Positions 43,745 to 52,069 of a DNA stretch of 53,067 nt are shown piece by piece. Numbering within the stretch: position 1 is the stretch's first letter; each line of letters starts with the position of its first letter. This DNA is from Candidatus Yanofskybacteria bacterium RIFCSPLOWO2_02_FULL_41_13 (GTDB lineage: Bacteria; Patescibacteriota; Minisyncoccia; 2-02-FULL-40-12; GWA2-44-9): contig MGKQ01000014.1 of the NCBI GenBank assembly GCA_001795735.1, positions 5,625-58,691 on the forward strand. Reading direction: 5' to 3'. The notes beneath the pieces are model-generated. The model did not search any database and was not told where the DNA came from. It saw nothing but the letters and a program-made list of their open reading frames with translations. A program made the position numbers and the translations under genes.

Positions 43745-43786
43745 TCCAGACTTTATCAAAAATCCGCGATAGCATAGCTATCGGGA
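43745..43786. repeat. 42-bp palindromic insert in the T-loop of the split tRNA
   Basis: TCCAGACTTTATCAAAAA-TCCGCGATAGC-ATA-GCTATCGGGA; same right-hand module as the large insert. Confidence 0.85.
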
Positions 43787-43820
43787 CGATTACCGCCGGG
43801 TCCACTGATTTAAATTTAAT

Positions 43821-46346
43821 TTACTTAATATCCTCCGTAGTCAGACCAAAGACCATTCCTTTATTAATACTTCCGTCTAGGATTTTCTTGGCAATGGCGC
43901 TTTCGACTTTATCTCGAATAACTCGCTCCATCGGACGGGCTCCGAACTGGGGATCAAAGCCGGCTTTAGCCACGTAGTCGGCAATATCTTGAGTCGGTTT
44001 AAAGAAGTAGCCCTGATCTTTTAGCCTGGCGGCCAGAGAGTCAAGAAGAATTATTGTAATTTTACCAACCTGATCCTGCGATAGGGGATGGAACGTCACT
44101 ATCTCATCGAAACGGTTAAGCAGTTCGGGTTTAAAATGATGCTCTTTAATCAATACATCTATCAGCTTCTCTTTCTCGATAGATGGATCTAGTCCTTGCT
44201 TTATTAAGTCGCGGATAAAATCAGCTCCGGCATTAGAAGTAGCAATAATTATATTCTGTTCAAAATTTATTCTTCTACCAAAAGCGTCAGTCAGGTGGCC
44301 CTCATCAAAAACCTGCAAAAATATATTAAGGACATTCTTATCCGCTTTTTCTATTTCATCCAGAAGAATCAAAGAAAATGGGTTGTCTCGAACTTGAGTC
44401 ACAAACTGTCCCGGTTCGTTACTTCTAGCCGAACCGATGAATCTATCGAGCGATTCCTGGTTTTGGTATTCCGACATATCAAACCTTAGCATCCTGTCAG
44501 CGGAACCAAAATAGATTTTAGCGAGTATCTTTGCCGTCAGGGTTTTCCCGACTCCCGTCGGACCGATGAAAAGAAAAACTCCGGCCGGCTTGCCACGCTT
44601 GGCAAAGCCTGCTCTTAAGCGCCTCATCGTTGAGGACACAACCTCAACCGCCCGATCTTGGCCGATTATTTCTTTATGCATGAACTCCTCCAAACGAATC
44701 AGTTTATCTTTCTCTTCTCCGATTACCGGCCCCAGCGGTATGCCTGTTTTTTGACTTATAACCTCGTGTACGTCTTTTTTGGTCACGATCCGGTCTTTTC
44801 GGTTCACGACATGAGAGATAACTTCAGTTAAAAGATCAAATGCCTTTTCGGGGAATGGCGCCGTTCTTATAAACTTATCCGCTCCGGTGACAATTTCCTT
44901 TATCGCTCCATAGGTAACGAGTATACTTTGCTTTGACTCAAATGCCGGCACTGCCTCCTCTAGAATTTTGATCGTTTGTACAGCGCTTGGTTCGACAATG
45001 TTAATTCTTTCAAAAACATTTGTCAGCTCAGATCTCTGCTCTATGAATTTATGAAAATTTATAGGATTGGTGATCGCTATCACCTGAATTTTGCTTGATC
45101 TTAGATAGGGAACCAGTACTTCTGAAACATCAATCCTCCCCATCCCACCGATTTCGCCTATAAAATTATGGAGATCTTTAAGAACCAATATGACGTTGCC
45201 TGCTTTTACAGCTTCGTTAAATGTGGCTATCAAAATATTCTGAACATCGGTAATTTCTTTTGACGCACTTGCAACCAGCGATAAATTAAGATCAAAAACC
45301 TTTTTGTAATTAAGCTGTGGCAAAGCCCGGCCCTTGGCAATCATTTCCGCAAAATCAAGAATTATATTTTCCCGACCTACACCCTCTTCTCCGACAAGAA
45401 GAACGTTATTTTCTCCCGAGCGGGCAAGAATCTGTTCCATCTGATCCATCTCTTTCTTTCTTCTTATCAGACGCATTTTAGGTCGGGCAAGTTCCATCTT
45501 GTCAGTCAAATTTACTGCAAAAGCAGTAAGGTGACGGGCATAACCATAAATCCAATCCCGGCCGATCGGCGGCTGACGTAAAAGATTCTCCAAGCTCCAG
45601 AACTTCCTGTAGTTTCTCCAGAATGTCCAGATATGCTCGTACCATTCGGCAAGCTCCTCCATATCTTCTTTATTTAAATCCTGGTTTAAAATAAACTGTT
45701 TGAACTCATTGCTATAGTCAAATAACGAAGCCATGATATCGAGAACTGATATTTTCCGGCTTCCGTGCTTATCGCGAATAGCCAGAGCGTCTTTCAGCAA
45801 CTCCAGAATTTCGGGGGTAATTTCCTGAGTTGTAAATAAAGAAAATTTGACAGAAAAAAGTTTCCGTCTGCCAAGATTCTCTTCTAGGTGCTTCTTAATT
45901 GAACCGAAGCTAGGAATAATTCTCATGAAAAGCTTTTCCATTATGCCATCTTCAATCAGGGCAGTTAGCAAAGTTTTTGTTGAAAGAGCTTTCTCTCCAA
46001 GTCCACGAGACAGCTCAAAAGCCCGGTCAAAAACTTTTGCCGCTTCATATTCAATCAAGTCTGCAATATTACTAGTGTTTTTGACTTTAGGGTATTTGAG
46101 ATAATAATTGCCGAATAACTCGAATATGGAGACGGCAATAGCAAAAGGTAAAACAATAAATGTCCAGCCGACATTTATGTAAATCTGGGTTTCGTAGGCC
46201 ATGTTAATAACCGCGAAGCCAATCGGCACGAGAGCGAGAACAAAAAGTAAAACACGGTAAAACTTTAAAATTCCGGCCGGAAAATAGCGGTAGAAAAGAA
46301 CAGCCTTGTAGATCTCCGAATTTCTTAAGTTGAATGTCATATACAA
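43821..46346 (-). CDS. ClpA/ClpB-family ATPase with N-terminal TMs and degenerate first ATPase domain
   Basis: NBD2 intact (GPTGVGKT, LLDEIEKA, PELLNRFD, GARP); NBD1 reads GEEGVGRE and LVLKDLH. Confidence 0.9.
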   Translation of the reverse strand: MYMTFNLRNSEIYKAVLFYRYFPAGILKFYRVLLFVLALVPIGFAVINMAYETQIYINVGWTFIVLPFAIAVSIFELFGNYYLKYPKVKNTSNIADLIEYEAAKVFDRAFELSRGLGEKALSTKTLLTALIEDGIMEKLFMRIIPSFGSIKKHLEENLGRRKLFSVKFSLFTTQEITPEILELLKDALAIRDKHGSRKISVLDIMASLFDYSNEFKQFILNQDLNKEDMEELAEWYEHIWTFWRNYRKFWSLENLLRQPPIGRDWIYGYARHLTAFAVNLTDKMELARPKMRLIRRKKEMDQMEQILARSGENNVLLVGEEGVGRENIILDFAEMIAKGRALPQLNYKKVFDLNLSLVASASKEITDVQNILIATFNEAVKAGNVILVLKDLHNFIGEIGGMGRIDVSEVLVPYLRSSKIQVIAITNPINFHKFIEQRSELTNVFERINIVEPSAVQTIKILEEAVPAFESKQSILVTYGAIKEIVTGADKFIRTAPFPEKAFDLLTEVISHVVNRKDRIVTKKDVHEVISQKTGIPLGPVIGEEKDKLIRLEEFMHKEIIGQDRAVEVVSSTMRRLRAGFAKRGKPAGVFLFIGPTGVGKTLTAKILAKIYFGSADRMLRFDMSEYQNQESLDRFIGSARSNEPGQFVTQVRDNPFSLILLDEIEKADKNVLNIFLQVFDEGHLTDAFGRRINFEQNIIIATSNAGADFIRDLIKQGLDPSIEKEKLIDVLIKEHHFKPELLNRFDEIVTFHPLSQDQVGKITIILLDSLAARLKDQGYFFKPTQDIADYVAKAGFDPQFGARPMERVIRDKVESAIAKKILDGSINKGMVFGLTTEDIK

Positions 46347-46374
46347 ATACGGTTTAAATTGGTAAATGGTAAAT

Positions 46375-46758
46375 TTACAGCATCGCCAGTCCTCTCATGA
46401 TGCTGTATACCGCTATTACCGGCCAAGCCAGCCAGATAACGAATAACAGCCCAAAACAGATGAGCAAAATAACCTGCCAAATCAAGCCCATAAAAACTAT
46501 ACTCAACCGTACTCCAGCGGCGATAAGTCTGATATAAAGATCAGCGACAGAATCCATTATCTTGTCACTGAAAGTCTTTTGTCTGACGCTAAAATCTGAT
46601 GGGTTCTGGCGATGCCATGGAGAAAATAGGGTTTTGAGATGCTGGACTATCAGAAACTGATGTCTGGCGGCTTTTAAGTAATCTCCGGCAATTTTGAGTA
46701 TCTCAAAAGGAGCGACTGTAAAATGCCAATAGAAATACTCTAGGAAAATAGTCACCAT
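46375..46758 (-). CDS. Hypothetical membrane protein upstream of Clp ATPase
   Basis: YWHF...LKTLFSPWHR, C-terminal TMs. Confidence 0.75.
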   Translation of the reverse strand: MVTIFLEYFYWHFTVAPFEILKIAGDYLKAARHQFLIVQHLKTLFSPWHRQNPSDFSVRQKTFSDKIMDSVADLYIRLIAAGVRLSIVFMGLIWQVILLICFGLLFVIWLAWPVIAVYSIMRGLAML

Positions 46759-46789
46759 TATAAATAATATAGCATAATAATTTAAAAAT

Positions 46790-46980
46790 ATCGCTCAGAG
46801 ACTATACCCAGACTCGGACCACATTCGGTTTCTGAGGCGATTCCAGAAGCGGCTAAAGCACGCTTCTAAAACCTTCGCCTTTATCCAGCGAGAAACCGAA
46901 TCTTAAGTACTCGGCAAAATTGCAGAACCAAGCCAATTTTGCCTGCGTGTTTCCTCCCTAGGGTATAGTCTCCTCGCGAT
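46790..46980. other. About 190-nt nested inverted-repeat structure (ncRNA or MITE-like)
   Basis: Perfect stems of 12, 11, 10 and 7 bp in a multibranch arrangement. Confidence 0.6.
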
Positions 46981-47024
46981 AAATTGTCTTAAATTTAAAA
47001 TTCGTGATAAAGTCTTATAAAATG

Positions 47025-49019
47025 TCTGATAAAATATTCGAAAATCTGAACACCAAGCAGGTTGAGGCCGTTAAGATTATTGACGGGCCGGTCTTGGTTA
47101 TTTCCGGACCCGGTTCCGGCAAAACAAGATGCCTGACCCATAGGGTCGCTTACCTGATGTCTCAAGGGATTTCTCCCCAGAGTATCCTCGCCGTAACATT
47201 CACTAACAAAGCCGCCGGGGAAATGCACGGCCGCATTCTTAATCTCCTCGAGGTTGAACCTCAATATCGAGGTTCAACCTCGATAGGTTCGATAATGCCG
47301 CTAATCGGCACTTTCCACTCGATCGGCCTCCGAATCTTACGCAATGAGATTCTCCAGCTAGGCTACCGCCGAAATTTCACCATTTTTGACGAAGACGATC
47401 AGCTGAGTCTTGTGAAAAGAGTGATGACCGATCTTGAGATAGACACAAAGAGCTTTAATCCCAAAATAATTTTGTATAAAATTTCTGAATTAAAAACCCA
47501 GCTCGTCTTTCCTGAGAATTACGAACCGCAGGAATTCTATCCAAATATCGTAGCTAAAATATATATAAAATATCAGCAGGAATTAAAAAACCTAAATTCA
47601 CTCGATTTCGATGATCTGATTGTTTTACCAATCAGAATTTTTCAGCAGAATCCAGAGATACTGCAAAAATATCAAGAAACTTGGAAATATACTTTAGTTG
47701 ATGAATATCAGGATACCAGCCATGATCAGTATGTTTTTATTAACCTCCTTGCCAAAAAATACCGCAACCTTTTCGCAATAGGGGACGATGCTCAATCTAT
47801 CTATCAATTCCGCCGAGCCGATATCAGAAACATTCTTAATTTCCAGAAAGATTACCCGGAAGCAAAAATAGTGATGCTCGAACAAAATTACCGTTCGACT
47901 AAGAACATCATAACCGCCGCTCAGGAAATAATCTCAAAAAACAAAAACCAGATTCCTAAATCTCTCTGGACAAACAATAACCATGGCGAGAAAATCCCCG
48001 TCATCGAAACGCTAAATGAGCGCCATGAAGCCAGTTTTGTCGTTTCCAAGATAGAAGACTTTCTGGCCAAAGGATTTTCACCTAAAGACTTTGCCGTTTT
48101 ATACCGCACCCATGCCCAGTCACGAGCAATCGAAGAAGCGCTGATAATGAGCGGCCATCCCTATCAAATAGTAGGCGGACTGAAATTTTACGAAAGAAAG
48201 GAAATTAAAGACATCATCAGCTATCTAAAACTAGCAGTAAATTCAGCCGATTCGTTGGCCCTTGAAAGAATATACAATATACCGGCAAGAGGAATCGGAA
48301 AATCAACTTTGGAAAAAATCAGAAACTTAAAAGCCAACGTACTAAAAGCTCTTGAAGCGACAGTTAAGGAAAAGATGATGCCCTCAAAACAGCTGACGGC
48401 CGTTTCTGAATTTTACAAAACCCTAAGCGATATTATTAAAACTGCCGAGAAAAAGAATCTCCGCGAAACAATAAAATACATAATTAAAAAAATAGGCTAT
48501 GAGGAATATCTTAAAGAATTCAGTCTGGCTAAACAAGGTGACTATGAAAATTTTGAAGACAGAATAGAAAATTTAAAAGAGCTGCAAACTGTCGCCTCAA
48601 AATATGACGAGTTCGAAGGCAAAGAGGGGATAGAAAGATTTCTGGAAGAGGTCTCGCTCCTTCAACATACAGATAAACTAAGAGACAACCCCAACCGTAT
48701 AACACTCATGACCATCCATGCTTCTAAGGGGCTAGAGTTTCCGGCCGTATTTATTGTCGGAATGGAAGAAGGTCTTTTTCCTCACAGCCGAACCGTGATA
48801 AACCCTCAGGAGTTGGAAGAAGAGCGCCGGCTTTGCTACGTGGCCATAACCAGAGCCAAAGAACATCTTATTCTAACTTATGCAAAATATCGCCGGATAT
48901 TCGGTTCGTCATCAGCAACATTGCCCTCCAGATTTATCGGAGAGATTCCGGCAAAATTAGCCGACTGGCAGATAATAGAGGATTATAGCGATGATAATGA
49001 AGAAAAAATTTACTACTAA
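47025..49019 (+). CDS. pcrA: PcrA/UvrD ATP-dependent DNA helicase
   Basis: SGPGSGKTR, TFTNKAA, VDEYQDT, GDDAQSIY, LEQNYRST, TIHASKGLEF, YVAITRAK. Confidence 0.96.
   Translation, partial: SDKIFENLNTKQVEAVKIIDGPVLVISGPGSGKTRCLTHRVAYLMSQGISPQSILAVTFTNKAAGEMHGRILNLLEVEPQYRGSTSIGSIMPLIGTFHSIGLRILRNEILQLGYRRNFTIFDEDDQLSLVKRVMTDLEIDTKSFNPKIILYKISELKTQLVFPENYEPQEFYPNIVAKIYIKYQQELKNLNSLDFDDLIVLPIRIFQQNPEILQKYQETWKYTLVDEYQDTSHDQYVFINLLAKKYRNLFAIGDDAQSIYQFRRADIRNILNFQKDYPEAKIVMLEQNYRSTKNIITAAQEIISKNKNQIPKSLWTNNNHGEKIPVIETLNERHEASFVVSKIEDFLAKGFSPKDFAVLYRTHAQSRAIEEALIMSGHPYQIVGGLKFYERKEIKDIISYLKLAVNSADSLALERIYNIPARGIGKSTLEKIRNLKANVLKALEATVKEKMMPSKQLTAVSEFYKTLSDIIKTAEKKNLRETIKYIIKKIGYEEYLKEFSLAKQGDYENFEDRIENLKELQTVASKYDEFEGKEGIERFLEEVSLLQHTDKLRDNPNRITLMTIHASKGLEFPAVFIVGMEEGLFPHSRTVINPQELEEERRLCYVAITRAKEHLILTYAKYRRIFGSSSATLPSRFIGEIPAKLADWQIIEDYSDDNEEKIYY
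47248..47283. repeat. In-frame palindrome in pcrA, 15-bp perfect arms
   Basis: TCGAGGTTGAACCTC-AATATC-GAGGTTCAACCTCGA, encodes EVEPQYRGSTS. Confidence 0.9.
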
Positions 49020-49021
49020 AT

Positions 49022-49834
49022 ATGGTAACGCCTAAAAAATCTCTGGGTCAAAATTTTTTAATAAACCCCCACATCCTTGAAAGAATCGTTGATGCCGCTG
49101 AGGTTAGTAAAGATGATATAGTTTTAGAGGTTGGTCCGGGAACAGGTAACCTTACGAAAGAGCTGGCCAAAAAGGCCGGCAAAGTTATTGCTATTGAAAA
49201 AGATAGACGACTTGTAAACTATCTAAAAAATGAATTTTCAATAAAATATGCTACCGCTAAAAACGTTGAAATTATTGAAGCAGATATATTACGATGGGTA
49301 CCATCGCAGCTGCGATGGTACCCATCGTATAAGGTGGTGGGTAACATTCCTTACTACATCACTTCGCACTTTTTGCGTAAAGTTTTTGAAGAATGGCCAA
49401 CTCCAAAGTTGATTGTCCTGACAATTCAAAAAGAAGTTGCTCAGAGAATAATGGCTCCTTCGACAAGCTCAGGACAAGCAAAACCTCTTCATACAAATCT
49501 TCTCGCTTTATCGGTTCAGTATTATTCGGAACCTGAAATAGTCGCTTATATTTCAAAAAATAACTTCCGGCCAGTACCAAAAGTTGATTCGACGATCATA
49601 AGATTAAAAGTAAAAAGCAAAGCGCAAAACGAAAAACAAACAGAAACTATTTTTAAAATCACAAGAGCTGGGTTTTTAGGGAAGAGGAAGCAACTGGCCG
49701 GAAATCTGTCCAAACATCTTAAGATATCCAAAGAAGAAGTCATTAGATCTCTAGCCAAGCTTAGTTTAAACCCAACCGTGAGAGCAGAAGAATTATCTCT
49801 CGACCAGTGGCAAGAACTGTCAAAAATATTATAA
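49022..49834 (+). CDS. rsmA: 16S rRNA dimethyladenosine transferase RsmA/KsgA
   Basis: KKSLGQNFL, LEVGPGTG, NIPYYIT, FRPVPKVDS, RAEELS. Confidence 0.96.
   Translation: MVTPKKSLGQNFLINPHILERIVDAAEVSKDDIVLEVGPGTGNLTKELAKKAGKVIAIEKDRRLVNYLKNEFSIKYATAKNVEIIEADILRWVPSQLRWYPSYKVVGNIPYYITSHFLRKVFEEWPTPKLIVLTIQKEVAQRIMAPSTSSGQAKPLHTNLLALSVQYYSEPEIVAYISKNNFRPVPKVDSTIIRLKVKSKAQNEKQTETIFKITRAGFLGKRKQLAGNLSKHLKISKEEVIRSLAKLSLNPTVRAEELSLDQWQELSKIL
49290..49329. repeat. Perfect 40-bp palindrome in frame within rsmA
   Basis: TACGATGGGTACCATCGCAGCTGCGATGGTACCCATCGTA equals its reverse complement; encodes RWVPSQLRWYPS. Confidence 0.95.
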
Positions 49835-49841
49835 TTAATGG

Positions 49842-50798
49842 ATGCTCAGAAGAAGACTGCCGATAATTATGTCGCTATTGTTCTTCTTCTTTTTGGTTAC
49901 CTTCTCCCTCGCAGCTGACCCGACCCCTGACCCAGCCACAATAGCAAGAGCAACGGCCGAGTTCCTAGCTAAAATATGCTCAGGCCATGGAGGGGTCAAC
50001 TGTTCAATAATAAACAAGGATGCTTCCATAGTCTGCAATGACGGGACGATTGATACATCACTATCCACTATCTACGCTGTTCCGCAATGTCAAAAGATTA
50101 TAGAAGCCAGAGCTGATGCAGAATCCGACTTTATGGCCGAGAGCGGCTGTTTTCCGCCAAGTGAACTGCGTTGTATAGATGAAAACTCCTATCGAAGACT
50201 CTACACAAAACTTTCCCAGAATAGCTTGGCCGATTCAGAATTAGGAAGGGGAGAGTTAGTTGAATGCCGCGAACAAATGAAGGAATATGATACGGAGACC
50301 AGCAACTACAAACAATGCTTAACCGACAATGGGAAACCTAATTTTGAACCGTCAGGAAAAATTATCCTGCCTATTTTAAAAACCTTATTTTGCCCCTTAT
50401 TCTACGGTAATAACTCTTCGTATGACCTTGAGACAAATCTATGCCTATGCGATACCGGATATTTTTTACAAAACGGCCAGTGCGTTCAAGCTGACAAGAT
50501 ATGTAAATCAAAATACGGTTCCCGATCATCAGCCAAAAATGGCAGCTGTATTGAGCTGACTCCAACACCAACTCAGGTATTGCGGACACCCACACCCTCA
50601 AAAATTAATTTTACTCAGCCGCCAGTGGTAACACGGGTGCCAAATCTAAACTCAAATTATGAGCCTGGATTATCCTCTTCACCGGAAGATAGATACATTG
50701 AATTAGTTAGCCCCACAGAAGAAAAGAGAACCGGAGTTATTCAAAATATAATAAATTCTATAATGTCCAGATTTAAAAAAATGCTAAACTTATTCTAA
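49842..50798 (+). CDS. Cys-rich secreted hypothetical protein
   Basis: Signal peptide, CSGHGGVNC, EGF-like CLCDTGYFLQNGQC. Confidence 0.8.
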   Translation: MLRRRLPIIMSLLFFFFLVTFSLAADPTPDPATIARATAEFLAKICSGHGGVNCSIINKDASIVCNDGTIDTSLSTIYAVPQCQKIIEARADAESDFMAESGCFPPSELRCIDENSYRRLYTKLSQNSLADSELGRGELVECREQMKEYDTETSNYKQCLTDNGKPNFEPSGKIILPILKTLFCPLFYGNNSSYDLETNLCLCDTGYFLQNGQCVQADKICKSKYGSRSSAKNGSCIELTPTPTQVLRTPTPSKINFTQPPVVTRVPNLNSNYEPGLSSSPEDRYIELVSPTEEKRTGVIQNIINSIMSRFKKMLNLF

Positions 50799-51658
50799 TG
50801 GCTAGAAACTTTTTAGTTACAATTATCTTCTTTTCAGTATTAGCTCTAATTATTACCCAATACGCCTCTGGGTTTTACAGGCCTCCTTCCGACTTTGGTT
50901 CCACCGGCCCATATCTCCCCAACGGCCCCGTCAGCTCCGGGCCAAGCAACTTAAGCTGCAACATCCCTATTATAGGGAAGATACTTTGTATAGTAAAAAA
51001 GGTCTATGACTGGTTACAATCTATTCAGAAGATCACCCAAGTACTGGATTACACACCTCATCAATTTTCATTTGGAGGACCTATACTAGTGAGTGAGCGT
51101 GCTTGCACCTTTAAGTTCGACGAGTATACTTTTGCTTACACAATTTGTACTCCCCTTGGTTGCTATACACCAGCTATTGGTCCTATAACCGTACCTATCC
51201 CTTTGGTCGGGAGAGGAATTATAGTGGGTCCGCCAGTACCTACTTATACCGGCTCTTTTGATCCCACTAACCCGACGGTAATTCCTCCGGGTGGTAAGGT
51301 TATTGCCTTTCCTTGGATTTCCAGAATATTTGAGCAACACACCGAAAACAGAGCCGGACCCTGGGCTCTTGGTCTTGGGTTTACCCCATTTCCGCTAGGA
51401 GAAATAAACACCGCCCTAGATAGTATAAGAATTAGGATTCCACCAAACGTTTTAGATCTAGCTAACACACCCTGCTGGGTTCCAGTACCTGGCTATTACA
51501 CGGGAGTTTGTTTTGACAATCTGCGCTTTGACTGCTCCGCATCCGGGGAACTCGATCCCATCACCGGCCTTGAAATATATAAAGTAATCAGACTACTCGG
51601 TACCAGTAAGGATAACGCTCCGGCATCGGCTTTTCCAACGGGTTTTCCGGTTCCCTAA
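50798..51658 (+). CDS. Pro/Gly/Cys-rich secreted hypothetical protein
   Basis: N-terminal TM; overlaps previous stop. Confidence 0.75.
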   Translation: MARNFLVTIIFFSVLALIITQYASGFYRPPSDFGSTGPYLPNGPVSSGPSNLSCNIPIIGKILCIVKKVYDWLQSIQKITQVLDYTPHQFSFGGPILVSERACTFKFDEYTFAYTICTPLGCYTPAIGPITVPIPLVGRGIIVGPPVPTYTGSFDPTNPTVIPPGGKVIAFPWISRIFEQHTENRAGPWALGLGFTPFPLGEINTALDSIRIRIPPNVLDLANTPCWVPVPGYYTGVCFDNLRFDCSASGELDPITGLEIYKVIRLLGTSKDNAPASAFPTGFPVP

Positions 51659-51698
51659 CTTCCCGGTTTTCTGTGGCTTTAAAAACACAAAAAAACTT

Positions 51699-51742
51699 AT
51701 CACAAAGGGCATCTTTGCGTTTGCAAAGATGCCCTTTGTGAT
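51699..51742. repeat. REP-like palindrome, 20-bp perfect arms
   Basis: ATCACAAAGGGCATCTTTGC-GTTT-GCAAAGATGCCCTTTGTGAT between convergent genes. Confidence 0.9.
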
Positions 51743-51745
51743 TAC

Positions 51746-52069
51746 TTACTCAGTTCGGAATTTTTTCCCGCCGACATCCCGAAGAACATCCAGAGATAAC
51801 TTCGCAGACAGGTTGGTGACATTGCGCAAAACTAGACGATCTCCAAATCTATTCTGCAACGGAGTAAGAACCTCGTCCAGCCAGGAAGTTGAACAGGATT
51901 TTAAACCCTTAAAATCGACTATGATTTCTTCGTCGCTTCTAATATCTCCGAGGCGTGCAATAATAGAGTCATATGCATCCTTACCTTGCGGTCTACCATG
52001 TAAATCTTCTCCAAATTTTATAAATTCAATTATCATAATTTTATTTAAAATTCTACAATTGCCAGACAA
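51746..52069 (-). CDS. STAS-like (DUF4325-type) protein
   Basis: IIVDFKGLKSCSTSWLDEVL. Confidence 0.75.
   Translation of the reverse strand: MSGNCRILNKIMIIEFIKFGEDLHGRPQGKDAYDSIIARLGDIRSDEEIIVDFKGLKSCSTSWLDEVLTPLQNRFGDRLVLRNVTNLSAKLSLDVLRDVGGKKFRTE

Larger units (their letters stand above)
43291..43804 (+). tRNA. Split tRNA-Ala (CGC): pieces 43291-43324, 43726-43744, 43787-43804
   Basis: Joined pieces give a 71-nt cloverleaf GGGCCCGTAGTAAAGTGGCATTACGCGGCATTCG|CATTGCTGAGACGCGGTTT|CGATTACCGCCGGGTCCA with G3:U70; functionality unknown. Confidence 0.9.

Noticed and set aside
43575-43805. 76-aa minus-strand ORF
   Set aside because: Antisense reading of the tRNA-Ala copies (RGESNSR pattern).
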